Assembly (NCBI GenBank): GCA_965372215.1
Contig: CBDVBK010000008.1
Coordinates: forward strand, 50-64,049
Length of the DNA: 64,000 nucleotides
Reading direction: 5' to 3'
Origin: an uncultured bacterium
GTDB lineage: Bacteria; Fermentibacterota; Fermentibacteria; Fermentibacterales; JCC-6
Part shown: piece after piece, positions 48,325 to 58,728 of the stretch
Position numbering within the stretch: the first letter of the stretch is position 1
Layout of the letters: the number at the start of each line of letters is the position of its first letter
Translations under genes and position numbers: made by a program
Notes under the pieces: generated by a model
What the model saw: only the letters and a program-made list of their open reading frames with translations
What the model was told of the DNA's origin: nothing
Database searches by the model: none

Positions 48325-49719
48325 TCATTCCGAATACAGGTCTTCCAAACTATGCCACTTGATATCTTCTCGCATGGTACTTGTACTATTAATGATTTGC
48401 CTGGAAAAGATCCTTGGACCAATAGTGGCATTGCGATAATTCGGGTAGTGATCGATCTTCTTTTCGAGTTCTTCGATAACATTTTTCTTCGATCGAATAA
48501 CACCCCATTTGCACTCACCGATATCGGTCCAGTTATCATCCCGTAGCCCGATGACATCAATCTGGGTAGCTCTATCCCAATATTCACCCGCTTCAAATCC
48601 AGCCTTTACTCCTTCTTTTCGATATAGAAATGATAAGGATTCTCTGCACAACCGCTCGAAACAACCGCCGAAATATGCAGATAACCCCGGTCGGATTCGA
48701 TCCGCAAAGGCTCTGGCCGGGCTAACTCGCGAAATATAACTCATATTGGGATAAATAAAATGAAACCAAAAACGGATTAACGGATCATCCAGAATATACT
48801 TTACTTCTCTTGCTGAGGGGTTCTTTGATGTTAAAGGATACTTTCGGGCCACATACCCCAGTTCCATCAGTTGCTTTAAATAGTAATGCAATTTCCGAGC
48901 ATCAACTCCAGTTTTGTCGGCAATTATTTTATTCGTTGCTGAACCAGCGGAAAGAACAAGGAGAATAGCATAATATGTCTCAACTTCGCGGAACTCCTCC
49001 CGAAGAAGAAAATCAACCTCTCGATAGAGGGGAGCAAACTCATTCAGAAAGTTCAGGTAAATATTCTGCACTACTGATTGACTGGATGAAAAATACTCCA
49101 AATACAGAGGCATACCTCCGCACATGAAATATGTTTCAGCCTGATCTGTTAAAGAGTAACCGGGGTGAAATTTCGTTGCCTCTCGATATCCAAAAGGCCT
49201 GAGAAATATCTGATATGTGCGACGCCCTGATAAAGGTTTTTTCTTTCCTAATATTTCACTCTCCATGAATCCGATATAAGAACCACAGATTATGAACATC
49301 ATATTCCCGTTTTTCTTCCATCTGCGATCCCAGAATTCCTGCAGGATGGAAGGTAAGGACGGCGATTCCTCCACTATCCATTGAAATTCGTCAAATACAA
49401 CTATCAATTTTTCATCTTTACTCCTCTTTTCATCCACTGCTTCTAATGCCGATTTCCAACCTTCCGGGGAGATTTTAGATAATAGCGGTTCCTGAAGCAC
49501 TTCTGAGGATTCCCGTAGAAACTCACTGATTTGCAGTTTTTCTTGAGCCTGTTTTCCCAGATAATAGATTCCTGTTTTGTTCTTAATGAACTGCAATATT
49601 AATTCGCTTTTTCCTACTCGGCGTCGACCGTAAATTGGGATGAACTCACTTCGATTGGATGAATATGCATTTTCAAGCAACTCAAGTTCTTTCTTTCTGC
49701 CTATAAATTCTTTCATCAT
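48325..49719 (-). CDS. AAA+ ATPase of the archaeal-ATPase/DUF234 family
   Basis: Walker A YGRRRVGKS; Walker B VVFDEFQ; DUF234-like C-terminus. Start set at MMKEF. Confidence 0.8.
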   Translation of the reverse strand: MMKEFIGRKKELELLENAYSSNRSEFIPIYGRRRVGKSELILQFIKNKTGIYYLGKQAQEKLQISEFLRESSEVLQEPLLSKISPEGWKSALEAVDEKRSKDEKLIVVFDEFQWIVEESPSLPSILQEFWDRRWKKNGNMMFIICGSYIGFMESEILGKKKPLSGRRTYQIFLRPFGYREATKFHPGYSLTDQAETYFMCGGMPLYLEYFSSSQSVVQNIYLNFLNEFAPLYREVDFLLREEFREVETYYAILLVLSAGSATNKIIADKTGVDARKLHYYLKQLMELGYVARKYPLTSKNPSAREVKYILDDPLIRFWFHFIYPNMSYISRVSPARAFADRIRPGLSAYFGGCFERLCRESLSFLYRKEGVKAGFEAGEYWDRATQIDVIGLRDDNWTDIGECKWGVIRSKKNVIEELEKKIDHYPNYRNATIGPRIFSRQIINSTSTMREDIKWHSLEDLYSE

Positions 49720-49747
49720 AAACTGTTTATGTAACCTGATCTGTTTT

Positions 49748-49786
49748 TTGTCAAGTCTAAACTTGTCAAGTCTAAACTTGACAAGT
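49748..49786. repeat. Tandem 15-bp direct repeats with a palindromic 9-mer core (TTGTCAAGTCTAAAC x2, then TTGACAAGT)
   Basis: Read directly in the sequence, 29-67 nt upstream of the DUF234 ATPase start codon. The third unit's core CTTGACAAG is the reverse complement of the first two cores CTTGTCAAG. Confidence 0.6.
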
Positions 49787-50319
49787 ATTACCTTGATGAA
49801 TACAGCTGCCTGACATTCCCGCAAACGCTTTCGATTAATCCTGGAACGTTCCTTATCTCCCGGTCTGCAATCGTCAGGGTATGCACAGAAGACACCCACT
49901 ACTCTTACTCCAGGTGAACGGTGAAGCGTCCGAGAACCCGGCAACTACGCCGAAAGTGCGTACTGATAACGATAACGATTCAAAACGGATATGCCTGAAC
50001 AGTTACGAGTCACAATAGTTCATTACGACACTTCATCAGGTACAACTGTATCCGGAAAGTAATTGATCAAGCCTTGTGTCTGCTCATGCAGGTGACAAGA
50101 ACCGGTTATATTTGCAGGTTATGTAGTTTGTATATTTCACTAGGTTACGTTACGAAACGGTGCAGAAGTGCTCGCATACAAGGCATGCGAATGAGGTCGA
50201 CGCAGATGTATTATATATACTTCAAGGAAGGCCGACTGAGTATAACGAAGTATGCGAGTGTCTTATGCGCCGTTGCAGTAGTAACTCTGGTGAGATATGC
50301 GGACTTGTTGGAGGACATT

Positions 50320-51540
50320 ATGAATTCGCTTTCCTGGCACCTTGCGTGGCGATACCTGCGAAGGCATCCAAGAAGGAAGCGCTTCGCTTTTTCCACAGTG
50401 GTCAGTGTCGCCGGTGTAGCTCTTGGAGTCGGCGCTCTGATGATTGTAATGGGTGTACTTACAGGGCTTGAAGATTTTATCGAGGAATCTGTCATAACTG
50501 TTGATTCTCCTGTTACTATCATGCCGGACAGCGGAAACGTTCTCCATCTGTCAGACAATTTTCTCGCGCAGGTAGAAATTCTCTCTTCGGTCAGAAATAT
50601 TTCACCGTTCATACAGGGAGAAGCGATAATTCGACTACCTTCAAGGGGGGTGGATTCAGGATGCAGAATACTTGGCGTGGACCAGGAAGATTTCGCGGAA
50701 GGTATGATGGTCAGCAAGGTCTCATATGGGGAACTGACTCTGTCAACTCCGGAGGGAAGTGACTGCATCATAATGGGGATATACCTTGCCGAGGAGTTCT
50801 TTCACCCGATTGGAGACACACTTTTCCTTTTTCCGCCGAAAGCGTTCTTCTCCAGCAGGAGCCACGCCATAGGCAGAGCTGTTCTCTCCGGCGCCGTGGA
50901 AACAGGGCTTCCTGTCAACGATGAAACACTTGCGTACATTCCTCTCGATCTGGCTCAGAGGATGTATCTCCCGGATGGAGGCTATTCGGGAATATATGTC
51001 CACCCGGCAGAAGGTTTCTCCCCCGAGGAGACCGCGGAGGATATCCGCGAAATACTTCCAGCTTCTATCTCCATCAGAACGTGGCGGGAACTGAATCCGG
51101 ATCTGACAGCTTCAATGAAACTGGAAAGGATGGGAGCGTTTCTGGCTCTTCTGCTCATTACCCTTGTAGCGACATTCAACATCATGGGTACTATTTCCAG
51201 GTCGGCAATTGAACGGATGAGTGATATTTCCGTTCTGAAAGCGATGGGTGCGACCGACAGCCTTATCTTCAGAGTATTTCTGTGGGAAGGAGCACTTGTA
51301 GGAGTTATCGGCGTATTTCTCGGGCTGATGATCGGCCTTGCCTGTTGCTGGATGATCGGTGAAACAAACATCATTCAACTCCCTGATGTGTACTCGTTTC
51401 ATGAAAATATTCCTGTGAGTATCTCAATTCCGGGAGTTGTCCTGGTCGGTTTCATCGCGCTCCTGCTCAGTATCGGTTCCGGCGTTCTTCCTGCCATGAA
51501 AGCTGCAAGGCTGGATCCGGTAAAGGGGTTGGGGAGTTGA
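50320..51540 (+). CDS. Lipoprotein-release / FtsX-family ABC permease (LolC/LolE-like)
   Basis: N-terminal TM segment, a large periplasmic loop and C-terminal FtsX TM helices (GATDSLIFRVFLWEGALVGVIG). GGAGGA RBS upstream of the ATG at 50320. Confidence 0.78.
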   Translation: MNSLSWHLAWRYLRRHPRRKRFAFSTVVSVAGVALGVGALMIVMGVLTGLEDFIEESVITVDSPVTIMPDSGNVLHLSDNFLAQVEILSSVRNISPFIQGEAIIRLPSRGVDSGCRILGVDQEDFAEGMMVSKVSYGELTLSTPEGSDCIIMGIYLAEEFFHPIGDTLFLFPPKAFFSSRSHAIGRAVLSGAVETGLPVNDETLAYIPLDLAQRMYLPDGGYSGIYVHPAEGFSPEETAEDIREILPASISIRTWRELNPDLTASMKLERMGAFLALLLITLVATFNIMGTISRSAIERMSDISVLKAMGATDSLIFRVFLWEGALVGVIGVFLGLMIGLACCWMIGETNIIQLPDVYSFHENIPVSISIPGVVLVGFIALLLSIGSGVLPAMKAARLDPVKGLGS

Positions 51541-52529
51541 ATTTTCTGCTGATTCTGCTTCTGGCTTACACTTATTCGCCTCAGGATTCCTCCTGGAATC
51601 TTGTAACACTCGGCAGCATTCCGGACAGGGCAATTCTATTCGCCGAGATCGCGGCAAGAGACGGCCAACGCGCGGGTGTTGATCTGGCTGTACTGCTTGA
51701 AATAGCCGGAAGATTCCCCGAGGCCGTGAGATGTTACAATCTGGCGGCTAATTCCGCTTCCGACCCTCTTCTTGCTGAATGGTTGGATACCAGAATAAGC
51801 GGAACCAGAACGCTTGATACTCTCCTGATTCTCCAGGCTGTCATCAGCAATGACAGTGATATTCCCGCAACTGACATCACAGTAGAGATACCTTTACCTG
51901 AATCACATCCGCCTTACCAGAGGATTGATTGCCTGACCAGCTCGTTTGTACAGAATGAAAATCTGCTGATACACCATATTTCAACTCTTCCAGGGAAAAC
52001 ACAGATAATCCTGCCGATTGTTCTGCGCATAACTCAGAGCCCGTACACGTTCAGACCATTCTCCAGAATTTCTCCGGATATGTATATACCATTTGAGGAT
52101 TTAACTTCATTGATCAGATCTCTTCCAGTTCCCGTAACAACTGATAATCGGGGACCATGTCTCAAAATGGCGAACATGCTCAGGGTAAGAAGCAGCAAGA
52201 TCGGTCTGGATCTTCAGACAGTGGGAGGACTGGTTAGACTCGGAGCCGACAGTATCATGTTTCATGCCTGGAATCTGGTTTCCATTAATGGTTTACCGAT
52301 TGACGCACTTCTTTTTCTGACTGATTCTCTCAGAGGAATCGGACATTGTCCAACGGATTTAATCCCTCTGTGGAATTATGATTATACGGACGGACATGAA
52401 GTTTCTATTTATTACAGGAATCAGGATGCTGAACTCAGCGTATCCATGAAAGCATTATTAACCAGCCCTGAATCAGTCATGTGGATAGTGGAAATTATTA
52501 ACCGTTTTTCCATACTTGCATTTCAATGA
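51537..52529 (+). CDS. Transglutaminase-like (papain-fold) domain protein, secreted
   Basis: Cys motif GPCLKMANMLRVRSSKIGLDLQTVGGLV followed by His motif MFHAWNLVSINGLPIDAL. TTG start overlapping the lolE stop. Confidence 0.5.
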   Translation: MNFLLILLLAYTYSPQDSSWNLVTLGSIPDRAILFAEIAARDGQRAGVDLAVLLEIAGRFPEAVRCYNLAANSASDPLLAEWLDTRISGTRTLDTLLILQAVISNDSDIPATDITVEIPLPESHPPYQRIDCLTSSFVQNENLLIHHISTLPGKTQIILPIVLRITQSPYTFRPFSRISPDMYIPFEDLTSLIRSLPVPVTTDNRGPCLKMANMLRVRSSKIGLDLQTVGGLVRLGADSIMFHAWNLVSINGLPIDALLFLTDSLRGIGHCPTDLIPLWNYDYTDGHEVSIYYRNQDAELSVSMKALLTSPESVMWIVEIINRFSILAFQ

Positions 52530-53368
52530 ACAGAAGGGTTTTCCTGAAAACTGCCGCAGCCGTTGCCGCCGGGGGAGCAGCAGGAGGTTTCTGGTCTTCA
52601 TTTATTGAACCTCGCTGGCTTGATACCACATATACACAGGTACCCATGATTAACCTGCCGCTGAAATTCAGGGGATTCAGAATCGCGCTGGTCACCGACA
52701 TCCATCTTGGACCGTTTGTCACTGAATCGTGGGTGGAAAATACTGTAACTTTGATTAACTCAATGAAAATCGATCTGGTTGTGCTTGGCGGTGACTTTGT
52801 GATACACAGTGAAAGTTACATCGAACCATGCATGAGAATTCTTTCCAATCTCACTCCTCCATCCTGTGCAGTTCTTGGTAATCATGATCACTGGGAGAAC
52901 GGAGAACTCACAGAGACACTTCTGCATGATCTGGCAGGATCCGAAGTGCTCAGAAACAGGGGAACATGGATCACGAGAGGAGATGCAGAAATCAGAATAT
53001 GGGGAGTTGGAGATCTATGGGAAGATGAACAGGTGCTGGATGGCTGCCGACCCGAGCGATACAACGGACCGGTAATCCTGATAACACACAATCCTGATTT
53101 CGCTGAGGAGATACCGGAGGGTACGGCTGATCTTGTTCTTGCAGGACATACACATGGCGGACAGGTTGTCCTTCCCATCATCGGCGCTCCGATTCTACCC
53201 TCATATTACGGACAGAAATACCGCTCCGGTACTGTCTGGAATGGAAAAACAATGGTTTACGTATCAAGGGGCATCGGCGTAGGAAGCCCGCCCGTAAGGC
53301 TGAATTGCAGACCGGAACTGGCAATACTGGAATTGTGTTCTGCAAACCCGGACAGGAGGTTCTCATGA
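52526..53368 (+). CDS. Calcineurin-like metallophosphoesterase with a Tat signal peptide
   Basis: RRVFLKTAAAVAAGGAAG twin-arginine signal; DIHLG, GDFV, GNHD and GHTHG metal-binding motifs. Confidence 0.85.
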   Translation: MNRRVFLKTAAAVAAGGAAGGFWSSFIEPRWLDTTYTQVPMINLPLKFRGFRIALVTDIHLGPFVTESWVENTVTLINSMKIDLVVLGGDFVIHSESYIEPCMRILSNLTPPSCAVLGNHDHWENGELTETLLHDLAGSEVLRNRGTWITRGDAEIRIWGVGDLWEDEQVLDGCRPERYNGPVILITHNPDFAEEIPEGTADLVLAGHTHGGQVVLPIIGAPILPSYYGQKYRSGTVWNGKTMVYVSRGIGVGSPPVRLNCRPELAILELCSANPDRRFS

Positions 53369-55218
53369 GACGATTGATCATTGCAACTGCCCTTTCATTA
53401 ATAACCGGATGCGGAAGCAGCAGTGATTCAGGCCGGGAAGTATCCATCGGAGAAAATATAGATGCTCAAATCGATCCCCTCTCTGAAGTACTCCATAACT
53501 GTATTGAAGCATCAGGGGGCCGGGAAGCGATTGATAATCTTCAGGTTATTCATACTATTGACAGTCTCTCGATGGCTGGATTATCGGGGACAACTGAGTC
53601 ATGGTGGGTAAAAGAGCCGTTCATGGGTTTCTCTATTACAAACCTTGGTCCGGTTCAACAGGAACTGTTGATTCTTGGAGACAGTGTCTGGACGATCGAC
53701 AGAAACGGACACCTGTCTTCAGGAGGAGCAGAAGCCCGTGATGAAATGGCCCTTTCAAAAAGAACGATATTCTATGATCACCTTTTCGATACATCCATGG
53801 TCACCGCTGCCGATGAGACCCTGATAGACAGTGTCATGACAGTACCGCTGCATCTTGAATTCCAGCAGGAGATAGTCTTCTATGTATCGAAGGAAACATG
53901 GCTCCCTGTACTTATGACAGCTGAGGTCATGGGTCTTGAAATAAGGAGCTATCCTGATAATTACGAATCGGTGCAGGGAATTGTCTCTCCCATGTCCAGC
54001 AGGAGTGTAATACCTGCATTCGGTCAAGAAATAGTAACGGAGAATATCCTTACGGAATACAATATTCCGGTTCCGGAATCGCTTTTTACTTTTACCCCCC
54101 GGAGCGGCGACTGGGAACTGGAAGATCCGGGTACACCGATGATATTCCATCTCAGAGGAGAACATATCTACCTCGAAGGAGAGGTTAACGGCACTACTGT
54201 CAATATACTTCTCGACAGCGGAGCAGGAGCAACTGTTCTTGACAGCACGCTTGCTTCTGATCTGGAGCTTGAAGGATCCGGGAGGCTTCCGGTTATGGGA
54301 ATAGGCGGTACCAGAGAATTCTCGTTTGTTAAAGTTTCATCCTATTCCGTGGCGGGAGCCCTTCTGAGTGAACAGTATCTGGCCGTCATGCCGCTTGCTG
54401 AGGAATTTTACCCATCAACGGGAGAAAAAATTGATCTGATACTCGGATACGATTTCCTGAGCCGCTTTGTTACAAGGATAGATTACGGATTAGAAACAAT
54501 AACGCTGTTTGACCCCGACAGCTTCATGATTCCCCCCGATATAACGGTACTTCCAGCTGTGAGAACAATGAGCCTGCTTTCAGTAGAAGCCGTACTTGAG
54601 GATTCGATTCCGATAATACTTCTGCTTGACACAGGTGCAGGAGGCTGCATTCATCTTACATCTGGCTTCTTCGAGAAGCATCCGGACTTCCTTCAGAACA
54701 GATCTTCATTTGAAACTGAAGTCCTCGGGATCGGGGGCGAGAAATCAATACTGGGTTTCCGTGTCTCAAGTGTAACACTTGGAGACTTCACCGTTCCGGG
54801 TGGAATATGCTCAAGCTTTGACGGTGGTGATATCTTCAATCAGTTTGATGGTATACTCGGTGCGGGAATACTCTCCAGATTCATCGTTTATCTGAATTAC
54901 AATTCCTCTTCGGTATTTATTGAGCCCTCAGCACTCTTCCATGAAGGACTTCCTGAAACACTTACCGGGATGGGACTGGAAATAGCGGGGAATGAACTTG
55001 TTATCAGAAGTATTATAGAAGGATCACCAGCAGATGATGCGGGGGTAATAAAGGGCGATACTCTTCTTGAAGTTGACGGTCACACGGTCAGCTCCGAACA
55101 ATTGAATGAAATACACGATCTGCTGCCGGATACTACAGATATTCCGGTTATTCTAAAGGTTCTTCGAGAAGGCTGCGAGATTGAACTGGAGCTGATTACT
55201 GGAAGATTGATTCCTTAA
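53365..55218 (+). CDS. Lipoprotein with two retropepsin-like aspartyl-protease domains and a C-terminal PDZ domain
   Basis: Lipobox LITGC; two D[ST]GA motifs (ILLDSGAGATVLD and LLLDTGAGGCIHL); PDZ (GLEIAGNELVIRSIIEGSPADDAGVIKGDTLLEVDG). Confidence 0.7.
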   Translation: MRRLIIATALSLITGCGSSSDSGREVSIGENIDAQIDPLSEVLHNCIEASGGREAIDNLQVIHTIDSLSMAGLSGTTESWWVKEPFMGFSITNLGPVQQELLILGDSVWTIDRNGHLSSGGAEARDEMALSKRTIFYDHLFDTSMVTAADETLIDSVMTVPLHLEFQQEIVFYVSKETWLPVLMTAEVMGLEIRSYPDNYESVQGIVSPMSSRSVIPAFGQEIVTENILTEYNIPVPESLFTFTPRSGDWELEDPGTPMIFHLRGEHIYLEGEVNGTTVNILLDSGAGATVLDSTLASDLELEGSGRLPVMGIGGTREFSFVKVSSYSVAGALLSEQYLAVMPLAEEFYPSTGEKIDLILGYDFLSRFVTRIDYGLETITLFDPDSFMIPPDITVLPAVRTMSLLSVEAVLEDSIPIILLLDTGAGGCIHLTSGFFEKHPDFLQNRSSFETEVLGIGGEKSILGFRVSSVTLGDFTVPGGICSSFDGGDIFNQFDGILGAGILSRFIVYLNYNSSSVFIEPSALFHEGLPETLTGMGLEIAGNELVIRSIIEGSPADDAGVIKGDTLLEVDGHTVSSEQLNEIHDLLPDTTDIPVILKVLREGCEIELELITGRLIP

Positions 55219-55731
55219 TCAGGTATCCAGAACCAGGAGGTTATCTCCTGAATTGACAGCAGCCCCCGATTTCACGGAGACAGTGAGTATTATTCCGGAA
55301 GCGGGAGCGGTTATTTCGTTCTGCATTTTCATTGCTTCAAGAACAAGCAGAGTATCTCCAGCTTTCACCTGATCACCTTCGCTGACATTAATTTCAACAA
55401 CGAGACCCGGCATGGGAGCTCTAACAACCTTCTCGCCACTGTCCGGTATTGAGGATGAAATCGTTACTTCCCGCTCATCAGTTACACTGAAATTGTAAAC
55501 CTCTCCCCTTGTAGAAACCTGATAATCCTTTTCGAAATGCTCCACTTCCACATTGAAAGATTTACCATCGATGATAATGGAAAGATGGGCAGGAGATATT
55601 CTGGAAATACTGACAACCTTCTTTTCTCCATCGATTTCCATTTGAAACAGCTCATCATGAGGGCGAACTTCAAGTCGAGAAGCTTCCACTCTCAGGGTGC
55701 GGTTACCATCCGATACTACGTATGCCACCAT
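55219..55731 (-). CDS. Biotin carboxyl carrier protein subunit
   Basis: Biotinyl-lysine motif EAMKMQNEI in a C-terminal lipoyl/biotinyl domain. Confidence 0.85.
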   Translation of the reverse strand: MVAYVVSDGNRTLRVEASRLEVRPHDELFQMEIDGEKKVVSISRISPAHLSIIIDGKSFNVEVEHFEKDYQVSTRGEVYNFSVTDEREVTISSSIPDSGEKVVRAPMPGLVVEINVSEGDQVKAGDTLLVLEAMKMQNEITAPASGIILTVSVKSGAAVNSGDNLLVLDT

Positions 55732-57196
55732 AAATCCTTCCCGACAGTTTCCATCCCTCAGTCTTCTGTGCAGTAGAAGTGAATTTCACCTGTTCATCGG
55801 TCATTGCGACTATGACAGCAGCAATCGCTGCTATTTCAATATAGTCTTTCATTTCTATATGTTCAATTTGCGGGACAATTCCCGTGTCGTAATTCCCGCT
55901 GATGAAAGCCTTGTTCACAAGAACTCTTCTATGGAAGGGAATTGTGGTCTTAACCCCTTTTATCTTGTACTCGTTCAGTGCCCGAAGCATTCGGGCGATT
56001 GCTTCTTCCCTGTCCTTTCCCCAGGCAATGACCTTGGAGAGAAGGGGATCATAATAAACCGGAACGTCGTACTCTTCTGCTATGCCTGATTCAACTCTTA
56101 TTCCAGGTCCGGAGGGTTCAATAAGCTCTCTGATAAACCCCACGGACGGAAGAAACGTTTCAGGATCCTCAGCGGATATTCTGCATTCTATCGCTGCTCC
56201 GTTAATACCTATATCCGTCTGTTTCAAGGAAAGATGTTCTCCGGACGCGATTCTTATCTGTTCCTTCACAAGATCCACACCGGTTATGAGTTCGGTTACG
56301 GGATGTTCCACCTGAAGCCGTGCGTTCACTTCGAGGAAAAAGAATTCTCTATCGGAATCAACAAGAAATTCAACAGTTCCCGCATTGGAGTATCCTGATA
56401 CTCTGATAGCTTCCACTGCCGCTTCACCCATTCTTCTTCTAAGGTCTTCATCGACAATGCAGCTGGGAGACTCCTCCAGCAGTTTCTGATATCGTCTTTG
56501 AACAGAACATTCACGCTCATTAAGATGGATTATGTTTCCGTGTTCATCAGCAAGAATCTGCATTTCTATATGTCTGGGTTTCACCAGAAATTTCTCAAGA
56601 TAAATGTCAGGATTACCGAACGCGGAAAGAGCCTCGGCCTGAGCCCTCTCGAAAGCAGCTTTCAGCTTATCCGGGGATTCTACTACCCGTACACCTTTTC
56701 CTCCACCACCCGCAGTAGCTTTCAACAGAACCGGATAACCGATTTCTAAGGCAGCGGAAATGGCTTCATCCGCGGTTGCCAGCGGTTCCATAACCCCCGG
56801 TATAATCGGGATACCCGACCTCTTCATCAGTTTTCTGGCTTCAGTCTTGTTTCCGAGGAGAGCCATAGCCTGGTGGGACGGTCCAATGAATATCAGCCCG
56901 GCCTTTTCACAGGCTTCAGGTAATAATGGGTTCTCGGCCAGAAATCCGTATCCCGGATGAACTGCCTGGCAACCGGACATCATTGCGGTCTCGATGATTT
57001 TATCAATAACCAGGTAACTCTGTCCGGAAGGAGGAGGACCGATTTCGTATGCTTCGTCAGCGTATCTAACATGCTTTGCTGATCTGTCAGCCTCTGAATA
57101 AACAGCTACGGAAGTAATACCCATTTCGTAACAGGCACGGGCGATTCTAACAGCAATTTCACCCCTGTTCGCGATAAGAATTCTGTTGATCTCCAT
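55703..57196 (-). CDS. accC: Biotin carboxylase subunit
   Basis: ATP-grasp biotin carboxylase pattern throughout (ILIANRGEIAVRI, EMNTRLQVEHPVTE-like ENARLQVEHPVTE). Confidence 0.93.
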   Translation of the reverse strand: MEINRILIANRGEIAVRIARACYEMGITSVAVYSEADRSAKHVRYADEAYEIGPPPSGQSYLVIDKIIETAMMSGCQAVHPGYGFLAENPLLPEACEKAGLIFIGPSHQAMALLGNKTEARKLMKRSGIPIIPGVMEPLATADEAISAALEIGYPVLLKATAGGGGKGVRVVESPDKLKAAFERAQAEALSAFGNPDIYLEKFLVKPRHIEMQILADEHGNIIHLNERECSVQRRYQKLLEESPSCIVDEDLRRRMGEAAVEAIRVSGYSNAGTVEFLVDSDREFFFLEVNARLQVEHPVTELITGVDLVKEQIRIASGEHLSLKQTDIGINGAAIECRISAEDPETFLPSVGFIRELIEPSGPGIRVESGIAEEYDVPVYYDPLLSKVIAWGKDREEAIARMLRALNEYKIKGVKTTIPFHRRVLVNKAFISGNYDTGIVPQIEHIEMKDYIEIAAIAAVIVAMTDEQVKFTSTAQKTEGWKLSGRIYGGIRSIGW

Positions 57197-58728
57197 TATA
57201 AAGGTCCGTTACAGTGCTTTTTAGGCGGATTACTCACACGTTTACCAGAGAGTGTCCTGAGAGCTGCGATAAGCCTCGATCTTGTTTCGTGCGGTTTTAT
57301 CACTTCGTCAATAAATCCCATTTCCGCGGAAACAAAGGGATTACTGAATTTCTCGTTGTATTCGTCTATAAGCAACTGACGTTTTGCTTCGGGGTCCTCA
57401 TCCTTGGCAATATCCCTTTTGAACAGAATCTTCACGGCTCCTTTCGCTCCCATCACCGCGATCTGTCCTGTGGGCCAGGCATAGTTGATATCCGCTCCGA
57501 TATTCTTGGAATTCATGGCTATGTAGGCACCTCCAAATGCCTTTCTTATGACCACCGTCACCCGCGGAATCGTGGCTTCGCAGAAAGCAAACAGGAGTTT
57601 AGCTCCTTCTCGGATAACTCCGGCATGTTCCTGATCAACTCCAGGCAGGAATCCCGGAGCGTCTTCAAACACTAATAGAGGTATATTGAAGCAGTCGCAG
57701 AACCGGATAAATCGAGCGGCTTTAGCTGAAGACAGAGTATCGAGCACTCCCGCAAGAACAGCAGGCTGGTTGGCAACAAGACCAACCGGTCTGCCGTCCA
57801 TTCTTGCCAGACCAATAATCATGTTGGGAGCAAATCCGGATTGAATTTCGAATATTGTGCCATCGTCAACTATTGATGAAAGAATGGTCATCATATCGTA
57901 TGGTCTGGAAGAGTCGGACGGCACTATTGAATCAAGTGATTCATCACTTCTGTTGATGGAGTCGACGCATTCAATCTGAGGAGGATCATCAATATTGTTC
58001 TGCGGAAGGTATGTCATCAGTTCCCTTATCATTGCCAGACACTTTTCCTCGGATTCAACGGAAAAATGAGAAATACCGCTTTTGGTGCTATGGGCAACTG
58101 CGCCACCCAGTTCTTCAAAAGTTACATCTTCGTGTGTAACTTCACGAATAACATCAGGTCCGGTCAGAAACATATATCCTGAATGATCAACCATGAAAAC
58201 AAAGTCCGTAAGTGCGGGAGAATAGACTGCGCCTCCCGCACATGGACCAAAAATCGCAGATATCTGTGGAATAACACCTGAAGCTTTAACATTGTTGAAA
58301 AATATGTCCCCGTAGCCTGCAAGGGAATTGACTCCCTCCTGGATACGTGCTCCTCCGGAATCTTTTATAGCGATAATGGGTGACCCATTCTTCAGGGCAA
58401 GATCCTGAATACGGGATATCTTGTCTGCAACAGCCTTTGACAGAGATCCGCCGAAAATAGTGAAATCCTCCGCATATGCATACACATTTCGGCCATGAAT
58501 AGTACCGTACCCGGTAACAACACCATCACCTGGAACCCTTTTTCCATCCATCCCGAAATCGTAGCAGTTATGAGTTACCAGCATACCTATTTCATGAAAC
58601 GTATCAGGGTCCAGAAGAAGATGCAGCCGTTCCCGCGCAGTGAGCTTGCCGGATTCATGACGTTTCTGGATCTTCTTCTCTCCGCCGCCTTTGAGCGCTT
58701 CTGCTCTTAATTCATCAAGTCTGGACAA
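57196..58728 (-). CDS. Acyl-CoA carboxylase carboxyltransferase subunit (propionyl-CoA carboxylase beta / methylmalonyl-CoA carboxyltransferase-like)
   Basis: 510 aa with both crotonase-fold halves and the conserved GGA(Y)/GP(C)AGG motifs. Confidence 0.88.
   Translation of the reverse strand: MSRLDELRAEALKGGGEKKIQKRHESGKLTARERLHLLLDPDTFHEIGMLVTHNCYDFGMDGKRVPGDGVVTGYGTIHGRNVYAYAEDFTIFGGSLSKAVADKISRIQDLALKNGSPIIAIKDSGGARIQEGVNSLAGYGDIFFNNVKASGVIPQISAIFGPCAGGAVYSPALTDFVFMVDHSGYMFLTGPDVIREVTHEDVTFEELGGAVAHSTKSGISHFSVESEEKCLAMIRELMTYLPQNNIDDPPQIECVDSINRSDESLDSIVPSDSSRPYDMMTILSSIVDDGTIFEIQSGFAPNMIIGLARMDGRPVGLVANQPAVLAGVLDTLSSAKAARFIRFCDCFNIPLLVFEDAPGFLPGVDQEHAGVIREGAKLLFAFCEATIPRVTVVIRKAFGGAYIAMNSKNIGADINYAWPTGQIAVMGAKGAVKILFKRDIAKDEDPEAKRQLLIDEYNEKFSNPFVSAEMGFIDEVIKPHETRSRLIAALRTLSGKRVSNPPKKHCNGPL

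Noticed and set aside
48690-48735. tRNA-like T-arm motif GGATTCGATCC
   Set aside because: It sits inside the continuous, motif-rich reading frame of the DUF234 ATPase and has no matching acceptor or D-arm, so it is coincidental.
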